A stretch of 32,000 nt of DNA, taken from contig NZ_LNTB01000001.1 of NCBI RefSeq assembly GCF_001462395.1, positions 150,001 to 182,000 on the forward strand. The letters are read 5' to 3'. The notes under the pieces were generated by a model, which was not told the DNA's origin, made no database searches, and worked only from the letters and a program-made list of their open reading frames with translations. Positions within the stretch are counted from its first letter, which is position 1, and each line of letters starts with the position of its first letter. The DNA is from Pyrodictium occultum (GTDB lineage Archaea; Thermoproteota; Thermoprotei_A; Sulfolobales; Pyrodictiaceae). Below are positions 8,573 to 15,593 of the stretch, one piece after another. Position numbers and translations under genes: made by a program.

Positions 8573-9802
8573 GTGGGAGCAATGGCTTGGCCCGGCGGAG
8601 CACCGGGGCCCCTGCCGGGCGGCCCGGCGCCGGAGGAGGATGAGGAAGAGATAGAGCTTACACCAGCGGTGCAGATGCTGCTGGAGACCAGCCGCTACAT
8701 AGCGGAGAAGATAGCCAGCAAGATACTGGGCTTCAGGGAGGAGTACACGAGCGACGAGGGGCTCTCGCGGCAGCTCGGCTCGCTGCCCCGCGGCCGGCTA
8801 GGCGAGGCCCAGCCGGAGCCGGGCGTCGCTATAGACTCAACATTCCCCATTGACGGCGGCGTGGAACTCGTCGGCGGCCGCCTCATAGCCGTGGTAGCCG
8901 GCTACGTGAGCTTCGGCGGCCTCGCGGCGAGGGGCGTGAGGCGCCACGACGTATACGCCCAGGCCCGGTTTGTCGACACCGAGGATACTCAGCGCATCCT
9001 GCCACTCTACGCCAAGCTAGTCGAGAAGGCGGTTGCCCACCGTGTGCTCGGCTACGTGGAGGACGGCTCTATGAACGCCCGCGTCATACTCTTCGACGGC
9101 GAGCTGGTGCCCTACCCCCTCCTCTTCAAGAGCCAGAAGACCGTGGCCAGGAGCAGGCTGCTAGTCAGGCTAGACGAGCAGGTCGCGAGGCTCCTGGAGA
9201 GAGCTAGGAGCCTCCGGCTGACCCTGGTGGGAGTGGTTAAGCGGAGCTACTCCCGGCTCCTGGGCGCCCGGCTCGGCCGCCGCCTCAGCATAAACGACAA
9301 GGCGCTGATGAGCCTCCTCCTGAGCCGCGGCGAGTACCTAGTGGCAGGCCAGTTCCAGGAGATCCTCCCCCGGTACGCCGAGATAGTGGCTGCCGAGAAG
9401 GGCCTAGACCCGGGGAAATACCGGAGTATAGTCGAGGAGAGGCTGGGCCTGCGCAGCGAGTACGGGAGAGTAACGGTGGCCTTCTACAAGCCCTCCCTGC
9501 CCCGCCCGGGGCTCCAGGCGGTCCGCGTCGAGGTGCTAGACTACGGCGGCCTGGGGCTCAAGAAGCTGCTCTCGATGCTCAACACGCTGACAAACCCTGC
9601 CACGGGGCTCCCCTACCCGATAGACCTGGTGGACGAGTACACGAGGCTCGAGTCGAGGATGCTCGAGCTGCTCAGGAGGAGGATAATAAGCCACCTGGCG
9701 GAGATGCTGGAGGAGGTGGGCGGCACCAGGGCCCTGGTACTCCTAAGCCACACGAACCCGGAGAAAAGATACGTCTACGAGCCCCGGCGACGCCGGGGCT
9801 AG
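8573..9802 (+). CDS. nurA: NurA-domain 5'-3' nuclease-like protein
   Basis: NurA-type blocks: VAIDSTFPIDGG (catalytic Asp block), VILFDGELVPYP, LVGVVKRSYSR and NDKALMSLLLSRGEYLV. The start could be ATG 8675 (MLLETSRYIAEK), which has an AGATAGAG TATA-like element about 25 nt upstream. Confidence 0.7.
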   Translation: MGAMAWPGGAPGPLPGGPAPEEDEEEIELTPAVQMLLETSRYIAEKIASKILGFREEYTSDEGLSRQLGSLPRGRLGEAQPEPGVAIDSTFPIDGGVELVGGRLIAVVAGYVSFGGLAARGVRRHDVYAQARFVDTEDTQRILPLYAKLVEKAVAHRVLGYVEDGSMNARVILFDGELVPYPLLFKSQKTVARSRLLVRLDEQVARLLERARSLRLTLVGVVKRSYSRLLGARLGRRLSINDKALMSLLLSRGEYLVAGQFQEILPRYAEIVAAEKGLDPGKYRSIVEERLGLRSEYGRVTVAFYKPSLPRPGLQAVRVEVLDYGGLGLKKLLSMLNTLTNPATGLPYPIDLVDEYTRLESRMLELLRRRIISHLAEMLEEVGGTRALVLLSHTNPEKRYVYEPRRRRG

Positions 9803-11361
9803 TCCTCCCCGCCCACGCTGTCGATGTGGAGCAGTAGGGGCCTCCTCAGCGGGTTCATAAGCCCGGCCACGTAGAACTCGCGGCGCCCCAGCATCGCCAG
9901 GCTCGCCTCGGTGACCCTGCCCAGGTCTAGGTAGCCCGCCAGCTCCTGCAGGTCGCCCGTCGACTGGAGCTTCGAGAAGAACACTGTGCCCAGGTTGCTT
10001 CGAACCCCGGGCCTTATGTCCCTCGCCACGCGCTGGCTAGCCACTATGACGAAGTAGCGCCACTTCCTCCCCTCCCTGGCTATAGTCTCCAGGGAGCGGC
10101 CTGCCTCGCCGCAGTACTCGCAGGCATAGTTCTGCGCCTCGTCCACGACGAGGCCCAGGTTTACCTCCTTCCTCTCCCCGGCTATCTTCTCCCACGCCGC
10201 CTCGGCTATTGAGGCTACGATCCCCCTCTTAACCTCTATGTCCTGCTCGTCGCTCATATCCACTATGACTAGGCGGTCCCGGAGAGCCATGTCGACTATA
10301 TCGGAGGGCTCCCGGAGCCGGCTCCGCAGGCCTTCGAACAGCCTCTCCGGCACGGTGAGGCGGACCAGGAGCCGGAGCTTCACTGCGCTCGAGGCGCGCA
10401 TGTTGAGGTGGTGCACCACGTTGTTCAGCAACTCTAGGAATTCTTCCCTGGCGCTCTTCCGCTCATCCTCGTCCGCCCTGGGGCCTCTGGTGTAGCGTGC
10501 CAGGCCCTTCCTCCCCTGGCCCAGGATCTCGCTGCACTCCTCGCTCTGGTACCGCTCGCCTCCCCCGTTCTCACTATAGACCTTCATAGCGTAGCATAGT
10601 GACGCTATCTCCACCGCGTCACGCTGCTGGTGCTGGACCCCCGTGAGCCTTGCTATTATTGATGCAAATATCTGGGGCTCTATCCTTATCTCGGAGGACT
10701 TCACCACCGTGGCGCCTAGCTCGCCGGCGTAGGGCGTGTAGTCGACCCCGCTGTGGTCGAACACTATCAGTCTGTAGCCCTTCCCAACAATCTCTCTTAT
10801 TAGGCGGAGGATCAGCCTGCTCTTCCCGGTACCGGTCGCCCCGAAGACGCCTACATGGTAGTTGAGCCACGCGCTGTCCAGGGGGATACGCCACCTGCTG
10901 TAGCGGTGCACCCCGACGGTTATGGGGTCCGAGACTGTGAGGTAGCTTGTCAAGGGCTCGGCATCGGTCAGCTTGAACACCTTGCTGCCCGGGGTAGGCG
11001 CGTACACGTTGTTCACAGCCCTGTGGCTCCCGTTGCAGACGGGGCCTCCATCGCATATGCCTGCGTATATCTCCACATAGGCGTTGGAGAACGGCATCAC
11101 CGTCTCCGTGTCAAGGGCGTCCGGGTGCTCCACGTACATGTTGTGGACGCTGCGGCGCAGGAAGGGCTCGTACCTGGTTATCCAGCGCACAACGCCGAGC
11201 ATGTAGTAGCCCTCGAGCCGGGGGTCGGCTAGGAGCACCAAGTCCTCCTCGAGCACCCTCAGCTCGCGGTCGCGGCGCAGGACTATGGGCGCTATGGAGG
11301 CGCTGGCGCCACTGAGGACTATGCCCACCTCCTCCGCTACCCGTGGAAGGGGTATAGGCAC
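9799..11361 (-). CDS. herA: HerA-like (DUF87/FtsK-HerA superfamily) hexameric ATPase
   Basis: 520 aa. N-terminal HAS-barrel-like region, Walker A GVFGATGTGKSRL, Walker B LGLVVDEAQNYA, and VIVASQRVARDI. GTG start. The stop shares a CTAG with the nurA stop. Confidence 0.85.
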   Translation of the reverse strand: MPIPLPRVAEEVGIVLSGASASIAPIVLRRDRELRVLEEDLVLLADPRLEGYYMLGVVRWITRYEPFLRRSVHNMYVEHPDALDTETVMPFSNAYVEIYAGICDGGPVCNGSHRAVNNVYAPTPGSKVFKLTDAEPLTSYLTVSDPITVGVHRYSRWRIPLDSAWLNYHVGVFGATGTGKSRLILRLIREIVGKGYRLIVFDHSGVDYTPYAGELGATVVKSSEIRIEPQIFASIIARLTGVQHQQRDAVEIASLCYAMKVYSENGGGERYQSEECSEILGQGRKGLARYTRGPRADEDERKSAREEFLELLNNVVHHLNMRASSAVKLRLLVRLTVPERLFEGLRSRLREPSDIVDMALRDRLVIVDMSDEQDIEVKRGIVASIAEAAWEKIAGERKEVNLGLVVDEAQNYACEYCGEAGRSLETIAREGRKWRYFVIVASQRVARDIRPGVRSNLGTVFFSKLQSTGDLQELAGYLDLGRVTEASLAMLGRREFYVAGLMNPLRRPLLLHIDSVGGED

Positions 11362-11474
11362 GACTCTTCTGCCCCACGGGCTTCTCCGTCGGGGAATACT
11401 AGATAGGGTGTAGCCCTTCGTGCCCGTGGGCTGCGCGGCGTAAAACTCTTCTAGCCCTATAGGGTGGGATACCT

Positions 11475-11627
11475 GTGGGACCAGCCGTGCCCCCGGCAGC
11501 CCTGGTGGCGGCGCTGGCCGCGCTAGCCCTCTTCTCGGCGGCCGCCCTCGTGGAGGATGAGCAGCCGGCCCCGGGCCTCTACACGCCCAGTGAGAGCCAC
11601 TACCTCTATATGGACGAGCTGGCCTAG
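11475..11627 (+). CDS. candidate 50-aa single-TM peptide
   Basis: Hand-translated as VGPAVPPAALVAALAALALFSAAALVEDEQPAPGLYTPSESHYLYMDELA. GTG start about 30 nt after a TAAAAC element. The stop TAG shares a CTAG with the convergent methyltransferase stop. No homology evidence. Confidence 0.25.
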   Translation: MGPAVPPAALVAALAALALFSAAALVEDEQPAPGLYTPSESHYLYMDELA

Positions 11628-12799
11628 CCCAGGAGCACGAAGAGGGTTTTCAGGTACTCCAGGTGCGGCGAGGAGGGCCGCACCGGGTGGTCGGGCGGCA
11701 TACCCCTGACGCCGCCTAGAGGCCGGTACCCAGCGCCGGCCCTCGCCAGGGCCCTCGCAGCCACCGCCATGAACTCGCCGCGGCCTAGGTGGGTGCTGCA
11801 GCTGCTCAGCACGAGCAGCGAGCCCTCGGCCGCGAGCCTGGCCGAGAGGCTGTAGAGCCTCTCATACGCCCTCACTCCCTGGCGCTTCGCCCCGGGGTGG
11901 GGTATGAAGGCCGGCGGGTCCACGGAGATAGAGTCGTACCTCTGGCCCTCCGCGGCCGCCCTGCGAAGGAAGCTCCACGCGTTATCCCACACCACCTCAG
12001 CCCGGTCGGCCACCCGGTTCAGCTCCAGGTTCTCCCGGAGCAGCCTCAGCGCCCTCTCATCCTCCTCCACGAAAACAGCTCTCTCGGCCCCGTTCACCAG
12101 GGCCTGGATGCCGAAGCCCCCGGTGTAGCTGAAGAGGTCAAGCACCCTCCCCTCCGCGAGCCTACCGAAGTCCAGCCTGTTGAGCCTCTGGTCGAGGAAG
12201 AACCCGGTCTTCTGCCCGATCCTGGCGTCGACTATGAAGCGGGCCTCCCCCTCGCGTATAACCGCTCTCGTCTTCTCGCCCAGCCGGAGCCCCTCCCTCG
12301 GCGGCAGGCCTATGTCCCGCCTCGTCCTCTGCGCGCTCTTCTCATAGACGTGCCGGGCGCCAGCCACCTCGGCCACGGCCCTGGCCACTAGGGGCCCGTG
12401 GATGTCCCAGACTATGCTGCTTGACTGATATACCGCGAGGTCACCATACACGTCGACTATCAGCCCGGGCATCATGTCGCCGTCGCTGTGCACCAGCCGG
12501 TACCCGGCCTCCGGGTCCCCGGCGAGCCCCAGCCTCCTCCTCGCCCGGTAGGCCCGCTCCACCAGGGAGTATACTGCCTCCTCGCTGCCCCCGTAGCTGC
12601 AGCCCCCGGTCTCGATTAGCCGGAGCGCTACAGGGCCCGCGGTGTCGTAGAAGCCGCAGCCCAGCACATCGCCTCCAGGGCCCTCTACGACCACGAGGCT
12701 GCCTGGGGCGAGGCCCCGGGGCGCCTCCACCCACTTCCGGTAGACCATCAGCGCCCCGCTCTCGCGCACCGCCCTGGCTCCCTCGCCCCTGACCCTCAC
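11624..12799 (-). CDS. PUA-domain class I SAM-dependent rRNA methyltransferase (RlmI / PH1915-like)
   Basis: GTG at 12799 gives MRVRGEGARAVRESGALMVYRKWV..., the typical N-terminus of this family. SAM motif I VLDLFSYTGGFGIQA and motif IV SVDPPAF. The 110 Arg-rich codons upstream in the track ORF overlap the next gene and are rejected. Confidence 0.85.
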   Translation of the reverse strand: MRVRGEGARAVRESGALMVYRKWVEAPRGLAPGSLVVVEGPGGDVLGCGFYDTAGPVALRLIETGGCSYGGSEEAVYSLVERAYRARRRLGLAGDPEAGYRLVHSDGDMMPGLIVDVYGDLAVYQSSSIVWDIHGPLVARAVAEVAGARHVYEKSAQRTRRDIGLPPREGLRLGEKTRAVIREGEARFIVDARIGQKTGFFLDQRLNRLDFGRLAEGRVLDLFSYTGGFGIQALVNGAERAVFVEEDERALRLLRENLELNRVADRAEVVWDNAWSFLRRAAAEGQRYDSISVDPPAFIPHPGAKRQGVRAYERLYSLSARLAAEGSLLVLSSCSTHLGRGEFMAVAARALARAGAGYRPLGGVRGMPPDHPVRPSSPHLEYLKTLFVLLG

Positions 12800-12852
12800 G
12801 GCCGAGAGCGGCTCCCCCGCCAAGGCCTCCGTGCCCCCGGCCTCCTGGCTGC

Positions 12853-13317
12853 TCACCCGGCTAGGTGGCCTGCCCCTAGCGCGGGGAGGGCGACCAGCAG
12901 CAGTGCCGCCATGCCCCCGGCGGCCAGCGCTACGCCGGCCTTCGCCCTGGGCACGCCTAGGAGCGCGGCAACCACGGCGCCGGTGTAGATGCCGGTTACG
13001 GGGAGCGGTATGGCTACGAAGACGGCTAGGCCTGGGACACCGTACCTCGATACCAGCCTCCGTGCCTTCTCCCTGGCCCTCTCGATCCTCGCGGTCACCC
13101 TCGACGCGATGCCTAGGCGCCCGCCCCACCTAACGAGCAGTAGCCAGGCCCTCTCGGCCACCAGGGGGAGCGCCAAGGCCAGTGCCAACGTCTCGGCGGC
13201 CGCCACAGCTAGGGCGGGGAGAAGGCCGAGCCTCACGGCTAGGAGGGGGAAGGCGTAGCGTGGCTCTAATCCGGGTAGCAGCCCAGCCAGGGCCAGCATG
13301 AGCGCCGTCCTATCCAA
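12853..13317 (-). CDS. small multidrug-export-like membrane protein (COG2426 / Sm_multidrug_ex type)
   Basis: 154 aa with 4 hydrophobic segments and a central basic loop. The signature-like AIPLPVTGIYTGAVVAALLG resembles the IPLPGTGAWTGA motif recalled for this family. Confidence 0.65.
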   Translation of the reverse strand: MDRTALMLALAGLLPGLEPRYAFPLLAVRLGLLPALAVAAAETLALALALPLVAERAWLLLVRWGGRLGIASRVTARIERAREKARRLVSRYGVPGLAVFVAIPLPVTGIYTGAVVAALLGVPRAKAGVALAAGGMAALLLVALPALGAGHLAG

Positions 13318-13356
13318 AGAGCCCTACTCCCCGCCGCCCCGGGGGGTCCCTGGATG

Positions 13357-13364
13357 TTTTTATG
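13357..13364 (+). promoter_or_regulatory. TATA-like TTTTTATG upstream of the glycosylase gene
   Basis: 32-39 nt before GTG 13396, in a 78-nt divergent spacer. Confidence 0.3.
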
Positions 13365-13395
13365 CAAGCCAGCTGCCACCGGTATTCGTTAACGT

Positions 13396-14376
13396 GTGGG
13401 GAGCAGCTCGGGGTTGGAGAGCGCGTCGCTGGTCCTGGAGAAGGCTTATACCCTGGAGCTTAAGAGGCCCGAGGGCTACAGCCTGCGCGACACCGGCAGG
13501 GTCTACAGCTTCGGCTGGATGTTCGACGGCGAGCTGGTGAAGGTGGAGCTGTGCACCGGCTCGGTGGCGGTTATGAGGGAGGAGGGGGACCGCATACTCC
13601 TGGAGGTCTACGCGGAGAGGGGCGAGAAGTGCTGGGAGGAGGAGATAAGCAGGATACAGTGGATCATGGGGATGGGCGAGGACCTTGGCGAGTACCAGCG
13701 GCTAGCCCGCGGGGACCCCCTGGCGGGCGGGGTCGTGGAAACCATGCCGGGCATGAGGATGAGAAGCACCAGCGTCTGGTACGCATCCCTCGTAGCGGTC
13801 TGCCAGCAGAACGCGGGGTTCAAGCAGGGCTGGGGTATGCTCTACAGGCTCCACCTCCTGGCCTCCAGGAGGCTCCGCACACCTCACGGCGTCTACCTCG
13901 AGACGCCTCGGCCCAGCAGCCTCAGCCTCGAGGTGCTCCATGAGGCCAGGCTGGGCTACCGGGCTCACACGGTGCACCGGCTAGCCCAGAGCAGGGCCCA
14001 TGAGCTGGATTGCAGCAGCCTCGAGAGGCTCCGGGAGATACATGGGATAGGCCCCTACTCCTACGCGCTCGTCCGGCTGCTGGCGTGCAGGGACTACTCA
14101 GCCCTCCCCATGGACCGGTGGCTCCGGCGGCTGGCGGCAGAGGCCTACAAGGTGCCGGAGCAGGTCGCGGCGGATGAGATCTCAAGACGCTTCGGCAGGT
14201 GGAGGGGGCTGGCAGCGCTCCACGCCACCATAGGCTTCGACGCCGAGCCCCTGCGGAGGGCTCTCGAGAGGCTCCGCCGGGGCGAGAACCGGCCGGGCCT
14301 GGTCGAGCCCTCGCCCATCTCCCTCTGGAAGTACATCCCGCCCATGGCCTCGGCCCCTCTACTTGGATCCAGGTAG
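13396..14376 (+). CDS. HhH-GPD superfamily DNA glycosylase (AlkA/Ogg-like)
   Basis: Helix-hairpin-helix LREIHGIGPYSYALVRLLA followed by the Asp block ALPMDRWLRR. About 320 aa with an N-terminal AlkA-N-like region. Confidence 0.7.
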   Translation: MGSSSGLESASLVLEKAYTLELKRPEGYSLRDTGRVYSFGWMFDGELVKVELCTGSVAVMREEGDRILLEVYAERGEKCWEEEISRIQWIMGMGEDLGEYQRLARGDPLAGGVVETMPGMRMRSTSVWYASLVAVCQQNAGFKQGWGMLYRLHLLASRRLRTPHGVYLETPRPSSLSLEVLHEARLGYRAHTVHRLAQSRAHELDCSSLERLREIHGIGPYSYALVRLLACRDYSALPMDRWLRRLAAEAYKVPEQVAADEISRRFGRWRGLAALHATIGFDAEPLRRALERLRRGENRPGLVEPSPISLWKYIPPMASAPLLGSR

Positions 14377-15084
14377 CCTCCTAGCGATCTCCGCCACCAG
14401 CTGGGGCAGGGTGCGGGTCTGCAGGTAGAGAACCGCCGGCCCCTCAACCTCTATCACCAGTCCCTCCCCGCCGAAGAATAGGGTCTTCATGCCGCCCAGC
14501 TTCCTCACCCTGTACTCCGTGTCGGCGGGCATGGCTACGAAGTGGTAGTTGTCCACCGTAATCCTCTCGCCCGCCGGCACCTCCACCCTGTCTATAGCGC
14601 CGTAGCTGTTCACCCAGAGGGTGCCGGTGCCCCGGACGCTGAGCCAGAAGAGCTCGCCCTCCGCGACGAGGCCGCGGATGCCCCGGAACCTGGCCGAGAC
14701 CTTCAGGTCCCCGTGGTGGGCTAGGTAGCTGGTATCCTGCACCACCCACTCGTCGCCGCGCAGCTCCAGCGCCTCTATGTCGCCGGGCAGGTTCGGGACC
14801 AGCCAGATCTCCGCGGGGGACTCGGCGCGGAACCGGTTGAGGAAGAAGCTCTCCCCGCCCACGAGCCTGCGGAGGAGCGCGCTGCCCAGGCCGCCGCTCT
14901 CGGTGCCCACCTCGACGCTGCCCCGGATAAGCATCATTGCGCCGGGCTGGCTCCAGAGCTCCTCCCCGGGGTCGAGGCGGACCTTGAGGACTGTGTAGGC
15001 GGGGCTATACTCCTTAGACCACTCCACGAAGCCCCGGGGGCCTGGTGCCGTGCTCCTCCTAATATCTCTTCCGGGCGATCGCAT
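14359..15084 (-). CDS. AIM24 / DUF124 (TIGR00266) family protein
   Basis: LKVRLDPGEELWSQPGAMMLIRGSVEV...GGESFFLNRF...GEGLFWLSVRGTGTLWVNSYGAI...GGEGLVIEVEGPAVLYLQTR is the characteristic beta-rich repeat pattern of this family. Confidence 0.8.
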   Translation of the reverse strand: MRSPGRDIRRSTAPGPRGFVEWSKEYSPAYTVLKVRLDPGEELWSQPGAMMLIRGSVEVGTESGGLGSALLRRLVGGESFFLNRFRAESPAEIWLVPNLPGDIEALELRGDEWVVQDTSYLAHHGDLKVSARFRGIRGLVAEGELFWLSVRGTGTLWVNSYGAIDRVEVPAGERITVDNYHFVAMPADTEYRVRKLGGMKTLFFGGEGLVIEVEGPAVLYLQTRTLPQLVAEIARRLPGSK

Positions 15085-15112
15085 CTAACCAGCCTGGAGG
15101 CTGCAGCCCCCC

Positions 15113-15593
15113 TTGCCCGGGGGCAACGTGGAGCTGGGCATACCCCTGCTAGGCGAGAGGCTCCCGAGCCTCGACACCCGCATGGTCGCGGCGGCTCTCC
15201 AGAGGCTGGTCGACTCCGGCTCCATGAGAGGCCGGGGCCTCGTGGTGCTGGACAGCCTGAACCCCCTTCCTCCTCTACTACGAGCCGACAGTGGTCTACG
15301 ACTTCGTGAACATGCTCCGTGTCTCCCTGGCTAAGCGCCGCAGAGTGCCCGTGGTTGCGACGCTCCATACGCCGACCCAGCTCCACGCCGATATAGCGGC
15401 GGTGCTGGAGCACATGGTCGACGTGTTCATAGTCGTGGGCTACCACAGCGAGGCACTCAAGGCCGGGGTGGCGGTCGGGGAGATACTGGTAGAGAAGGCG
15501 AAGGGCGTGCCTATATCCCAGGGCTGGACCTACTTCGTCATAGCGGACCAGGGCTTGCTGGAGGCGCGGGTGAGGATGGAGAAGGGCGGCTAG
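15113..15593 (+). pseudogene. RecA/KaiC-fold protein lacking a P-loop, split into ORFs 15113-15334 and 15291-15593 by a +1 frame change in a C5 run
   Basis: Removing one C from the CCCCC run at 15262-15266 joins ...RGRGLVVLDSLNP to FLLYYEPTVVYDFVNMLRVSLAKRRRVPVVATLH...DVFIVVGYH...GEILVEKAKGVP, which follows the KaiC/RadA Walker-B-to-C-terminus layout. No GxxGxGKT is present anywhere. Confidence 0.4.

Noticed and set aside
12800-13129. 110-codon 5' extension of the methyltransferase ORF (track ORF 11624-13129)
   Set aside because: The extension is an Arg/Gly-rich string that overlaps the membrane-protein gene 12853-13317 in another frame. The family N-terminus aligns with the GTG at 12799.
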